64,000 bases of DNA from Raillietiella orientalis (lineage: Eukaryota). The notes below the pieces were generated by a model. The model had not been told where the DNA came from. It did no database searches and saw only the letters and a list, made by a program, of their open reading frames with translations. The position numbers and the translations under genes are program-made. The stretch spans positions 1,674,001-1,738,000 of the forward strand of contig JAYWIR010000028.1 of NCBI GenBank assembly GCA_036172245.1, given 5' to 3'. This document shows positions 12,380-25,479 of this stretch, piece after piece; positions within the stretch are counted from its first letter, which is position 1, and each line of letters starts with the position of its first letter.

Positions 12380-14520
12380 ACGAGAGTGTTAGGAAGAAAA
12401 AGTAGGTCTGACAGCCATCGTATACCAGCCTCCAAGTCTCACACGCGGAGGCTGTCTCACGAGAACCTTTACTCGCGCTCGTCTCGTGGATTGCCATCCC
12501 TCGACGGCTCTTTCGATGAATCTACCATTTTGCTCTAATGGCTGTTTGCAGCTGAGTCTTCCTCCCCTCGCCATCACCAATGGCGAGTTCTTCCTTCTTT
12601 CCATCTCAAGGAGCTCTCATTGGTTCCTGGACTCTTTTCCTCTGCGTGACAGTGACACGCCCAAACGATTCCTTCTGCATGCTGCATCGGTTTCATCCGC
12701 TAAGACATGGCTTTCCATACTCCCCTAAAAGCACGTTCTGCTTGCGTATTCCGGATGTGGCCTTTAAGATCTCGTTTGCCTATTCTTCTTGTTCTTCATC
12801 CAGTCACCGGGATGCTCCCTTTTTTTTTTTTTTTTCTTTTTTTTTTTTTCAGCAGTCGCAGAGCTCAAACTCATATCCTTAAAAATTCTCAACTCTTCCC
12901 TCATCTTTGCTCTGCTGATAAGCGGTTTGCTGACAATACTTCCTTTGCCAAACGGAGAGAAGGAACAGAAGATGGAAATCTCTGCCGCTCCGAAGGAAGC
13001 ATTCGTTCCCCGAAACCTCGGGACTCACTGCACTTGGCCAGGAGAATTCCCGAGAGCAGGAAATCCCATTCTATTCCCGAGACTGTAGGTAGCGCGCTCA
13101 TCTATTCCCATTACAAGAGTGTGCGAAAAGCCTGGGCAGCGGGTTGTCTTCTACCGTCGGGTCCTCGGCCTTTGGCTTTTTTTCTCCAGAATTCCGTGTG
13201 CATTCCCGGAGGTCCTCCCTAACAATTGGTTTTCTGGAACGGATGACCTACAGGCGTGCATGCAAACACATCATCCACTGCAGGCATGGCTTTCGCCAGT
13301 GACTGAGGTGCAATCTCGGCCTCTCTAGGCGGCAGCTTCGCGTTTATCATTCAGCAAAACAGGAAGTTAGTAGCTGATACCCAGCAAAATTGAGTGCTTC
13401 ACTTCAAAGGTTTGATTTGTCCGGACGTCTCTCCCTCCTTCGTTGCGGAGGAGCCTTTGATCCCGCCGAATTCGCCGCACTCGCAACATGGGCTCCGGGC
13501 TGCATCGAAACACGTGGGAAGTGTTCCTGACGTAAGGATCAACTAAAAAAAGGAGCTTTTGATTACTTTTGTTCTTCCTCTTTTTTTTTTTTTCTTTTTT
13601 GCACGTGAAGATGTGCGTGCTCATGAGCGCCGGGACTCCGCAAGGAAACTCTGTCCCGTAAATCAAGAGCCCATCTCCTACAGATTCACGGGAATCGGAT
13701 TTGATGCCTGGCTCATGCAGCAGGCCCGGCCCGATCGCCCATTTTCCACGGGGGTGCCTAAACGAATTCTCTTGTCCACGTATTCCTTTCATGCATGGAT
13801 TTCCAGCGCGGATTCCGGTCATCCAAGGGCTGCAAGGCGATGGGAACGTTTGCTGCCACAAGCACATCCGTTAGCTAAAGCATTCTCCTTGAAGAAAACA
13901 TTTCTTTCCTCCAGCCTTGACTGGAAGCTGGGATGGCTACCTCCGATGCAGCTATTCGACTTAAATCTGATTCCGATATCTGTAAAGGTTTTGAAGTCTC
14001 TTTTCTTCACCACCAGAGACTTTTAGAATGTTCCCGAAAAGCGACGACTCTGAGAAAGGAAGTGATACGAGCGAGCAGACGCAAGCTTAAATAAGGTCAA
14101 TTCAACTGACCTTAGTTAATTACTTACTTAATTATCCAGTTTATTACCCATATTTGAAACGATGACGTTAAGTTTCAAGCTTCCTTCCTTTTCCTATTCA
14201 CTTGCGGTTCGGATATTTGGCTATTCTGATTCAAAGCTTTTGTAGCCATGGTTACCTCGCGTTCTCGCACCAAGTTGAGCATCTTCAGCTCCTTTTCCAT
14301 GAGGCAAAACCGCGCCATGTGCACAGAAAGATATTCGCTTTGAGTCTGAGCTTCTGTTGCCCAGCACTTGGCAAGAAGATCTGGAGCGTACTTTCGCGAT
14401 AAGTGTGCCATATTTTTATCTTTTTACACGGTACGTCAATAATGTGCCTTTCCAGTCTTTTCCAGGATGCTGCCAAAGTTGCTGATGCTCAAAACTTTTA
14501 AAAACCAAACCGGCATGCAC
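12380..14520 (-). mobile_element. BEL/Pao LTR retrotransposon remnant (RNase H end to integrase C-terminus)
   Basis: KIWHTYRESTLQI (W..FV.NRV.EI), IGPGLLHEPGIKSDSR (L.PF.D..G.IR..GR), SGIEWDFL...RGFGERML (GI.W.F...GG..ER), LAIGD...RAKW (DUF5641-like), in BEL order. Confidence 0.55.
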
Positions 14521-16339
14521 CAGTTTCGGAGGAGACTGAGTTAGTGAGATGGCCGCGGGGTGCTTTCGCATTCGCTTTCTTCCCGTGACTGAGATCCGGA
14601 ATTCGCCGCGCTTCCCGTTGGGCGCTGCCTGTGGCTTTCCCGTCTCCCGTCAAGGCACCGCGCCCGGTTCGAAACCTTCAAAGAGCTCCCTCTGCGCCGC
14701 ATGCCAGAACAGACTTCCATCTCGCAAGTGTCCCGAGCGAATAGACGTTCCCGAGAAAACGGCACCGTCTATTATTACCTCCAATTTCGGTACATCTCGA
14801 GACTAGGATGTGAGGCAGGCTCCGCCGGTACAGTGCCTGAAATCTCCGAGCCGAGGTGCTTATGGGGCACAGAGGATGCTGGCTCTGGAGGGGAAGAATC
14901 CTCTCTCTGGAAGGGAAAAAATGCTGACTGCTGGGGGAAAGAAGGCTCGCTCCGGGGGTTGTCTTCCGCGAAGACCACGTCGCCAAACGATTTCGCACAC
15001 TGCCATCTCCCTGTGACGGCGTGAACGTTCCATGGTGGCAACGTGCGAATGAGAGCGAAAGGGCGACGGGAGAACAGACGCGCTTCTTCAGGTTTGCTTG
15101 CTTTCGGAGCACTCACCGGTGGTGGTAAAGGTTTCAGCGCTGGGCTATGAGCGCTGTTGAAAGCCGCGCTTTTACCGGGAGGTTTCCGTCAGGGAGTTGC
15201 CAAGACAACAGCAGGCCCGGTGTGGAAGCCCAAAGTTAAGATAGGTGAGGAAAAGTCAGTCTCTCTCTGGGTCGCGGGCTATTTAAAGCGTGAGCACCGG
15301 GAGACCATTGGACAAGAAGCGGCTGGGCTGTTCCAGACCCACCCCCGCGCGTGCAAGGCAGCCGGGCCCACCTCGTAGAAGAATCGTGGAAGCTCCTCGT
15401 TGCGCCTGGCTGGCGCTTCGGTGATTTCGTGCTTAGGAGGATCCGCTCCCTGGATCCCTCTGAATTTCCCGACTCCCGCGGAAGGCTCGCGCTGCCCCCG
15501 ACTGGGACGCCTTCCGCCTTATTTGTCTTGCTTCGTGCTGGAGTCCATTGTCCAGTCCTCTCTGGAACGCCCCGGGAATTTCCAGAAAAGGGAGGAGCAC
15601 GTCGGGATTTCTCGTTCTGCAATCGAACGCTCGCGGGCGACCACGGCCGCTTTGGACCCTCGCAGTGAGAGACGAGCGACACCTGCGGTCGTGTCCCTCC
15701 GGTAACTTGAGAGTCGCCCGTTGCCAGGAGCAGGTTCAGGTTTCCGAAGTGAGAGGCTACAGAAGGGCAACCATCTCGGTTTTGGGTTGCCCCCATCCCT
15801 CGAAGCCCCGGTAGCCTGCGGGGAAGGGCAATCGCTCTGTCGTGTTCAAGGGATTCTTGCCGTTTGATGAGGCAGTTGCCGTGTGGGAGATCAGGCGGAG
15901 GAGGAGTCTACGCTCACGCCTGACCTCCCGCGGATTCCCCTCGGCTTTCGATTCTGAGTCCTGGGCTTTTGGAAGGGACAGACGAGGTGACCCCACTCGG
16001 AGGCGCTGACATACCGCACCTCCGGAAGTGCCTTGCATCGAGTGGATCGCTGAGTGGGAAGAGGAAAAGGAAAGGAGAAGGAAGAGGAAGGGAAGGTAGG
16101 AAGGAAAAAAGGGAAGAAGGGAGAAGAAGGAAAAAACAAGCGGCTCTCTGAAAGCAGAGACGCGGGTGCTTAAAAACCAGTTTGAGGACGTCCGCTATCC
16201 CCCCCAAAAAGGTATGGAGAAGTGGGTAGCAGAGGGAGTGGCCAGCCCCTTGGAAAAAGGGCTCAAGGTCGTGGGCTCCCTTTTCATCTGCACTCCATGG
16301 CTGGGAGTGTCCACGAACCAGGTCGTTTCCGCAAGGGAT

Positions 16340-17900
16340 TCTGAGGGCTAAGGCTGCCCGCCCTCGTGCCCGAAACCCGACCCCGAAACCCCGCACGGGA
16401 GGGAATTTCTCATAGCAGCGGAGGGGCTCCCGAAACTCTGACGCATCGCTCGGCTTCCTCTTCCTGCTGTGCGCCCAGAAGACGCGTCCGGCGTCCCCTG
16501 CGGAGCCCGCCCTCTGCCGGGACCGGGAGATAGAGGAGCTCTTTCCCAGAGCGATGACGAGGTGCCCTTCGCGTCCGGGTCGGGAGAGGGAAGGAAGGCG
16601 GCAAGGCTCGCTCCTTTTCGCGGAGCTCCACCCGATCTCCGGCCCTGAATGAGTGTGACTTCCCGGATTTTTCCCCTCTCTCCACGCGCTTCGTCGGACC
16701 CTTCTGTTCTTGGAACTCCTTCCGTCTTCTCCCTTGCCCGAGGGGAAGCGGCCGAATGAATTTTGGGGGGCGTCGCAGCGGGACACTCAGATGAACGAGA
16801 AGCACGGAGGAGCCGGACGGTGGACAGGAAGGCGTCGCCCTCTGGGCCCCGTGAGCACGCAGGGCACTCTCGGGAAGCGCCTTGCCCTTTTCCTTCTCTG
16901 TGCGCCGGTTCCCAACTTCCTGGTCCAGGACTCGCGTTCCACAGTGCTGCCGCCGAGGTAAGCCGACCGGTGTCGTCTCCGGGGAGAGAGAACGGGTCGG
17001 AAGAAGACATGGATTCGTTCTCCCCTCCCTTCCCACTCAAGGAGGTCCTTTCCCTCCAGAGGTTTGGGGACTCCCTTCCCGGAGCCCTGGCGCACGCAAC
17101 GGGAACAGCAGGAGAGGGGCGCGACGAGCGAGGCTGCCGGAAATTCTGTGATCCCTCTAGGTGCTCCCTTGAGCTCGGGGATCCCGTCGCGGCCCAACTT
17201 TCTCTTCCCGCTCTCCCCCCTTTCTGGTTTTCTTCCCTGTCTTCTTCCCCCCTGCTTATCACGGAATGAGCGCCGCGGTCCCGGAGGTACCTCCCGGCCG
17301 TCTTTCCGGCCGGCAGGCAGGAGGCTCCATCTGCCCAGCGGCGGAGAAACCAACCAAAGTCCGGTTGTCCCCCGCAGAGGGCTCTCCTTCTCGCTCCTAC
17401 CTTGCACATACCCTCGGAGGAGCTCGCGCACGCCCCCTCGCTGGAGACCCTCCCGGGATAACTCCGCGATTCGGCGGCGTTTCCCTCCTTCGGATCCTCC
17501 TCCGGCTCGCAACCTCCCACTCAATGGACCCTTCTCGCTCGCGGGACGGAAACCCTCCGGCGAGATGCGACGAGCTGGGATAGATGTGGCTCCCTTCTCC
17601 CTGTCCGGAAAGCGACGACGGTCTGGGCGGGAAGGAGAGTGTTGGTTGAGAGGGAAGGGGCGTTTCTTGGGGCTTCCGGATGCGAGGGACTTTCCCGGTT
17701 TCCCCAAGTCGGAACCCGTTCCCTCCCCTCCGCCCCCTTTCCCTCTCTTCACCCTGTCGCCGAGGGCGGAGCAGCTTCCCCTCTTCCCTTGCGCGATCGC
17801 GATCGTGCGGTTCTTCCCTCGAGCTGCTTTCGTCGTCTCCAGCGTGGCGCGCTGAGAGCTTCGGGGTCCTGTGAGACGGAAGCCTGTGAAACCGGACGAG
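16340..17900 (+). other. GC-rich, hairpin-dense segment; possible third, highly diverged relative of the tRNA-headed element
   Basis: Short words collinear with 54030-54750: GGCTAAGGCT (~16346), GAAACTCTGACGC (16432-16444), GGCAAGG (~16600), CCGGCCCTGAATGA (~16639), TTCGGCGGCGT..CCTTCGG (~17470), CCAGCGTG (~17839). No intact B box. Confidence 0.3.
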
Positions 17901-19559
17901 TGTCGTCAGGAAGAGAAAAAGGGGAGGGAGGTGACCTACTCCGAGAGATGCTGCTAGGGGAGGAACGGCGGATCCGCGAAGCATGGGTCGTGGGGGTGAG
18001 CGGGGGATGGAAAGACAGGATGCCCTCGACCTGGTGGGAGTGATCTGCTCCTCGCTTCCTTCCCGCCTCTCAGGGGGAGGAAGAGGGGAAAGCTCAGCAG
18101 AGCTTCTGGGCTGCCTGGGAGACCCGCGACCCCTCGGCGACGGGTGTCTTCGCCTTCCTTGCCATCTCTGGGATATCCCGAGTGCCTCATCCCATCCCTC
18201 GCGGGAAGTCGGACAGCCTCGATAACCCAAGCTCCGGCTGCTGCCGTTTAGCTGCGTGGGAGACTTTCTCCACCAAGCTGTAGAGTCTCGTTCCTGTGGC
18301 AGCTTACCCCTAAAAGAGTGCTCTTTTCGCCAGGGATCGCGGTGCCCTCCTTCCCCTTTGTTCCCAAAATTCCACACGCTGCCACCGAGCCCGGAAGAGG
18401 GTGAGAAAGGGTTGGTATGCTGAAGGGGAAGGGGATGCGGAGAACTCACGGACGATTCCCGTGGGGACGGATCCCCTGACCACGAAGCAGAGCTTCTGCT
18501 CACCAGGAGAACCGATCCAGACTATTCTTCGGGTATTTGCAGCCTCGGAGGGAGGTCACGGACCGTGTGTTCTCTCCTGCTTCCTTCCCGGGTGCCCTCC
18601 GGATTCGGGAAATCTCGCTTCGGCTCGAAAAGACGATGCGAGGGACTTTAGAAGACCTCCTCGAGATAGAGAGACATCCTGATACTCAAGGGAGCAGGAG
18701 AACCTTTCAATGGAAAACTCCACACTTATTCTGCGTCTCGGATGCTTCAGAAAGCATCTGGAGGCTCCCGGATCTCCTGCAAGATGCGACTCTGGAGTGA
18801 AGCACCCCCGCGCGGACGAAACGGATGGGTGCGCGGCTCCGCGAAGGGCACGGAATGGTCGTCTCGGGATGGGGGAAGGCGTCAAAGATGGCGGCGGGGG
18901 GCATTTCGGGAGCTAAGACCTTCTCTTCTGCGAGAGCATCTCCGTCCACATGGCTGGGCAGGGTGCTGTCGCGCCTGCGGTGTCGAAGACTTTCGGGACC
19001 GACACCGCGCGCTCCACTCCCGCGCTCTCGGCGAGCCACGGGCGGCCGCTTCTCTGGAGCGGTGCCAACCCTTTCCGCCCTTCTTGGCAGGAGGGAAACG
19101 CTCGGAAACGGCCGCTTCCTCGTCCTCGGTGGGGGAAGGGGAGGTCTCCAGCACGAGGCTTTCCAGGAGCAGAGACGGGTAGTCAGGGTATGCTAGGGAA
19201 CCGTCCAGCAGCTAGGCGGGGACACTCCCAAGGTTTTGTGGCCGGACCAGAGGATGAGCCGGGGCACCCATCAGGAAGGATTCCTCCCTCGCCTCTTATT
19301 GCCTTCTCCTCCTCTCTTGGGTTACGACTCGCGCGCGAAGGAGGCAGACAGCGCCTCCTCGGCTCGCACCAGACCGCCTTCCCGTGGGGCGCAGAGCAAG
19401 GTGGCAGGCGATGCTGATTGCTTGAAGAAATCCCCAAGGAAAGGGAGGGAAGGGGGAGAGTAAGGTTAGTCCACTCGGCTGGCTAGTGCGTATGGGTCGA
19501 CTCTTCGTCTGAAACGGCGTCAGGGCTCCTCAAGCATCGCATGCAGCAGTCCTCACACT

Positions 19560-19730
19560 AGGAGGGGGGGGAAGAGGGAGAAAAAGGAAAATGGGGGCAA
19601 TGATGATAATGAAAATGGAGAGGAGAATGGTGATGCTGCTGATGAAGGGAGGAAGAGAGAGGAGAGGAAAAGAGGAGGATCATGATGGCGATGATGAGGA
19701 AGAAGGAAGAATAAGAGAAGAAGGACTCCT
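19560..19730 (+). repeat. Purine-rich low-complexity tract (GAG/GAT/GAA-rich)
   Basis: Directly visible; a pyrimidine-rich counterpart lies at ~20960-21110. Confidence 0.8.
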
Positions 19731-22319
19731 CTTCTAGACGAGCTACAGGAGCAGTTCTAATCCCCGAGAAAGCGGGAAGCAGAGGGTAAAGCTCACTGCA
19801 TGGAATCCCCACGGCGCCAACGAAGAGAGCCGCTACCAACGAACGGGTGGTCTCGTGTGGGCGAATGTCTTGCGAAGATAAGAGAAGATGCGGGGATAAT
19901 GGGATGTAAAGGAGGAAAAGAGGTACTACAGGAAGAGAGAGACAAAAGATGCATCCAGCTGATCGATGCAAGATCTGCGGGATCCTCCTCAAGAGGCTGC
20001 TGTTGTTGAGCAGCGCAGGAATCGACTGTGTGAAAAGGCAAAGCCTGCAAGCAAAAAAAAAAAAAAGGTAGGGATGGAGGGAGAGAGAAAAAAAAAAGCT
20101 TTGCCAAGCAACGCCATATCCGAAAAGGCAGGAACTACTAGAAAATCTGTTTGCCTTTCCCATTGGCGAATTCTCCCGGCCCCATCCGGGATGCTCCCTC
20201 AGAGGAGATGTGGATGTCATGACGAAGAGCAGAGGCGTGACTGAGCAGGAAGTCAGGAAACGACGGGGTGAGCAAGCGAAAGGCTCACGTCATCAAAGGG
20301 GAGCCTAGAGAACGCGGCGGCAAGAGGAAGGCGCTCAGGATGGTGAGAGCAGAGACCCTACTTGCCGTATCCGCTCTTCTGCGAGGTCACAGCATGTCAG
20401 GCGTCTCAGGGACACCTACTCGCCAATTCGCGGGGAAGGAGTAGGGATGCGCTTCGGCTGTGCAAGAGCGAAGCAGGGAAGAGGGCACTGGAGGGATTCT
20501 GACCCGCGAAATGAAGCGTGAAAGATCACGGTTCAAGGTGAAGGCCAGCTCTTCCGGCAGCCAATCAGAACGCTGGGGATGGAGCGCCAGACGCGGAAGC
20601 GTGTCGCCGGCTGACAGGGCGCGAGGCACCCGCTGCCAGTTGACGGGAGGAAGGGATCCAGAAGGGACCGAGTGATGATGCGGAATACCCGCAAGGTGTC
20701 GTATGCGTGCGTCTCCCGTGCTCCAGGAGCGAACGGCTTTCCCTGCGGGACGGAGTTCCCATCTAGGTGCCCTGAGGCGCGAGGCTTCCAGGCATGCCGG
20801 GAAGAGCACGGCATGGATGCCCGCGTGGGAACTCTACCCGGATAAGGGATATCCTCGAAATTCAAGGAGATGCTTCTGTTCCTCTTTCTTCCTGGAGAGC
20901 GAGAACGGAGCACGACAACCGGGAATGGATCCTCTACTGAGCTACTCGAGAGTAGCTCCTCCTTTTCCATTGTCACCACTACCGCCTTCTCCCTGTTCCT
21001 CATATTCCTCTTCCATTCCTCCTCTTCCTCGTGTTTCCTGTTCTTCCCTGTTGCTTCTTTTCCCTCTCCATTCCTCTTCCTCCCCCAGTCCTCTTCACCC
21101 GTCCTGTCTGTCGCCATCAGCTTTTAACGCCCTCCAGGAAACCACATTTTGGAATTTTGGATCGTGACGTGGGTTTTCTTCTGTTCTGCTTTGGTTCCCT
21201 CGCTTCCCCCAGCACCAGATGGGTCTCTCTTCTATCTTTCCTGGAAAAGTTTTTCCCCCATCTTTCAAGGAACCACTGCTTCATGGTGCCAGAAAGGTAC
21301 TGAGATACAGGAGCACGTTATTGATGTTGTTCTTCCACAAAGCAGCCTTTGAGAATTGGGTTGCCTCCTTCCAGACGCATTCCTCCCCAGCGAAAAGGAA
21401 GCCTTCCAAACACATCTTCTTAATCTTTCCTCCCACGGTCCCCATCTATCATTTCCGCGTTCGCTTTGACATCTCTTAGCTCTCTCGCGCGCTCGCTCTC
21501 TCCAGCTCCAAAGAAGCCCCTTTTTTTTATTTTTTTGGTTTTCCCTCTTCGTGGAGTCTCCTCCTCACGGCTCATCTGCCTCTTCAAACTTCCGGAAACG
21601 AGAAGCGTCTTTTCACTTGCGAGTTCCTTGGATGCGTGTCATGGCGGCTCTGGGAAAGTATTCGTCGCTCTGCTGGGTGAGCTGCGCTCCCACTCGGACC
21701 GCTTGGGATGTAAGGAAAGCTGGCGTTGGCGACTTTCCGAGACAAAAGGAAAGGACGGATTGCCGCCTCCTCTGATTGCAACGCCACATCCCTCGGAAGC
21801 ATCCGCCCGCTGCCACTGCACATTTCTCAGTGTCGAGGAAGACGACGAAAGAGCCAAAAAGCCGTAAGAGAAATTCAAGATGGCGAGCAGGTCGGCCTCG
21901 TGGCTCCCCTGAGCTGCTCGGGGTCCTTTCTTGGATTTCTGGCCCAACCCCCTTGACTCCGGGTCACGATTCCCGTAGAGTAGAGAAGCACGTGGACTCG
22001 GTGCTCGGTCTGGTTCCAGAGATCCGCACGATTCTCTTCAACGGGCTCTCCCGAGATCGGATCATTCCCCAGGACTGCGCCCAAGGGGGATGGACGATGC
22101 CCTCGTAAAGCAAAGCCGAAAATCCTTCAGCAACTCAAGCGGAGGATGAGAGTTACGGTCTTCCTCTGTTTAACTGACCGGTTTAACTGACCAAGAGAGC
22201 ATCGGAAGCTCCAGGCTTCGCCCTTTTGGTAAGAGATTTCCCAGTGCAGCATTCGGGAGGAGGGCTCCGAGTTGATCCTCAATGTAGACCAATTTGACGG
22301 AGAGGACTTTGTGGATTAC

Positions 22320-22814
22320 CCCTTGGAGTGCCTAGATGGACGCATAGATGCGTCCACGAAAGCTATCAGCGTGCGCTATGGACAACGCATCCATGCGTCC
22401 GGCTCAAATGTTTTGACCTCGTACACGCGACGAGGGTTAGCCCTATCAATGCTCGAGGTGGTCGTATACACTTACGTTCTTATGATTCCCTCAGCAAGGA
22501 CGGTAAACCAAATTCTATTTCTGTCGGCTAACTATTCTCGTTTTTTCTGGGTGTGGCATATAACTTATTACATTGCTTTCTATCTTTGTGATATGTTAAA
22601 AATGTGAATGAATCATTGATTTTATTCGAATTATAATCATAACTTTTTAAATAAACATGTTTGGGAAAAATGAAAATATTTCATTCAATGTGGTGCACAT
22701 AGACAGTTACAATCGTTACAACTATAATCAGCACTTCATATAGTCAGTCGGTACCTCGATGGAGTACGCGGCACGCGAAAGAGCGTTCCTTTCAGGAGCT
22801 CAGCACCCAAAGGG
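22320..22814. mobile_element. piggyBac-type non-autonomous element (MITE), 495 bp
   Basis: Left end TTAC|CCCTTGGAGTGC, right end GCACCCAAAGGG|TTAA (TIR 10/12, CCC...GGG ends, TTAA target with one substitution); subterminal palindromes GGACGCATAGATGCGTCC (22338-22355) and ACGCATCCATGCGT (~22385); AT-rich core. Confidence 0.8.
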
Positions 22815-25479
22815 TTAAGGATTCATCCACGCGGCACGGCTTCACATGCAGTCCATGCTGGCAACGCTCATCAGGAGATGTCAGGAGAATGGGATGAGCG
22901 GGAGATTCCGTGCTGTGGGAGGAGTCCCTCAAGCACATTCTCGATCACTGAACCAGAAGCTCGGGTCTGACTGCCGGAAGACACGATGAACTGGTGGTCC
23001 AGGTCAAGAAGGCTGGCCAGGAACACTGTGAGTTGGTGAGCTCTATCCAGCCAGCCCATTCCAGTCCAATCACTTCCGGATTTGACCCGAGACCAGAGAT
23101 AGTCACCAAGGAGTTGACTGCGCCTTCGAGAAGTCAATGGAGACTGGGAGGCAGTCGAGAAAGAAATAAGGGTGAGTACCTAGGATGGGTTCTCCTCTCC
23201 TCATTCAAAGGAGTGCCTGAGAAGCTTGGAGTCGTGGGGACCGGAAAATGATCAGGGGACGCAGGAGCTGAAGATTCATGGGCGGAGCAGGTTAGGAAAG
23301 AAACGCTGCCCGTAACAACTCCAACACTCCTGGGGCGCATGATGCGAGCATCAGCTGGTCCACAGGATTCAATGAAGCAACTCTCGACAACCAAGGCCTT
23401 GTTAAGAGGATGAGACGCCTGGGGATCTGGAGCCGGAGAATCATCCCCTATAAGGAGGATGCTTTGCATGAGACGAAATTGGGATGCTCACGTCAGGTCG
23501 AAAACAGAGCTCATTTCCCCCGCGTTTGCAATTGGAACTCATCCCACCATAAGAAAGGTGTGGAGCGGTTCCTCTATGCGAATGGCTATATAAAAGAAAC
23601 TACCAAAAAAAAAAAAGAAAAAAAAGATCTCTGATTCTAAAGCACTCTCCAGTCCATCATTCAATTCCCTCTTTCATTGATCCTTTCTTTTTTTCCTTCC
23701 GTCAATCGTCCCGCGGACTTCCCTTTCTCCCCCTTATGTTACCACTTTTTTTTTTTTGCTATTGTTCGCATGCTTGTGGCAGAAAAAGGCAGCTCCGGGG
23801 TGCGAGTCCCGAGGTCACGCAACCAGTCTTCTTCCATAGAAAGGTATCTGTGAGCCGTGGAGGGAGAACCGAACTTCGACCACTGGAGCAGCATCCGCAA
23901 CTCATCTGGTTCCTTGGAAAAAAACTTTAGTATGCTGCAGACCTACGTGCGATGGGCTGCGATCCAGAAAAAATCCCTCCCAGCTTCCTCTGAAACGTCG
24001 CAGCCACTGAGGCCGCGTGTCAGTGGCGCCTGTCCGTGGCACACCAAAGGAGCCGCAGAACAAACACGTAAACTGGTGAGCGCTCGCCCGAGCAGAGAAG
24101 CAGATGGCTCTGCAGTCTGCTGAGATGTGCTGCTTCAAGCTGAGCAACAGACGAATCAGCAGCAGTCGATGGTTCCCGCTGGTTTCCGAGCCCCATTGGC
24201 ACTCCGAAGACCCCACTGCATTCGATAGTAAGAAGCCAGTCCCAGGAGCAAAACGTTTCTACTTGATCCGGCGAACTCGGGAGTGCCACGCCCAGACCCG
24301 AGGGAGCAAACGGGACATGTCCGGGACAGCTGCCCGGCACACGAAGAAATCCTTCGCGTGTACAAATGTTGGCGGGAAAAGCCTTTCAGACACTCTCCCC
24401 ATCCATCGGAAGGACGGCATGTCGAGATAACGGGATGTATTCCCACGGTGAGCGTTGAAGACGGTTGTCCTTCTCGATACTTTGGAGGAAGAGGTACGAA
24501 GACAGGACCAGTGTCGGCGGCCTGAGGTGTTCCTCTCTCTTCTGCACGCCCATTCTGTTCCTCCCTGCCCCGAGGACATGATTTGTGGTAAGTGAGGCCC
24601 CGAGGAGCATGGAAAGCACTTCGTCATGTGTGGCCATGGGCGTTCCGATTCAACCCAGGTCAATTTTGAACCTGAGCCTCGGATAAGAAATTTCCTGAAG
24701 ATGAAACCAAGACGCTCTTGCAGACGAACAGGCAAATGGAAGGAGCACGAGAGAGCCGGGAGGGAAGGAGATTCCGTTTCTGTGGCTTCTGCTCTGTGCA
24801 TCCCTTGGATACGCGGAACGCTTCTTGCAGAATTGATATCTAGGATGGGGCCGGATCAGGTGATGCCTGCCACCACCACTTTTCAGCGGCCCGCTGGTGC
24901 CTGCACTCGGCTCTGGTAACGTGACACTCGGGGTTGGAGATTTTGGCTGCAGCTCTCGGAAAAGCGTGGATCGCATTCCCATCCGAGGCCCAGAAAATGG
25001 AGTTCTTGAAGAGTGGTGCGTTTCTTTTGCGGGAAAAAAAAAAAAAAAAACGAAGAATACGTAGGCTTTTTTTTGATTTTTGCAAAAGTCTATAAAATGG
25101 AAAGAAGGAGAGGACGAAGGCTTTGCAGCGGGAAACTTAAATTTTGGAAACCCTTCTCAATCTTTTTTTTTTTTTTTTTTTTAAAGTTTAAATAAGAATG
25201 GGGCTGTCCCCTGCGGCGCGCTGTCGGTTTTTTCCAGTAAAAGGGAGAAATTCCAAAACCTGATCTCGTTCTCCAGAAACCTTGGGTACCTCGGGACAGT
25301 CCCGAGTGCCGGTGACCTCGGTACATTCAGGAGTCCACTTTTCGCGCATCCATTTAAAAAACAAAAAACACACACACACACAAACGCGCCATTTTGAGAC
25401 AATGGAGGATCCGCATAACAAGGAAAACTTTGGGGCTCGGGCGGTCACGCTTTACGCGTGAAGGTGCTGCTGACTCACA

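Noticed and set aside
16348..18503. Long overlapping ORFs (260-390 aa) as real genes
   Set aside because: Open on both strands in several frames, rich in Arg/Pro/Gly/Ser, no recognisable domain; typical of GC-rich non-coding DNA.
19560..21110. Terminal inverted repeats formed by facing purine and pyrimidine tracts
   Set aside because: Complementarity is compositional only, with no alignable TIR or TSD.
22168..22192. GTTTAACTGACC tandem duplication as a regulatory site
   Set aside because: A single short duplication with no associated gene; ordinary slippage or repair scar.
21640..23470. gag-like coding remnant around the MITE
   Set aside because: Only vague resemblance; no diagnostic motif.
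24150..24700. Gypsy RT remnant (FKIDLG, EEHLR, LGLASYYR)
   Set aside because: Motif spacing is far from canonical; it may be real but I cannot support it without an alignment.
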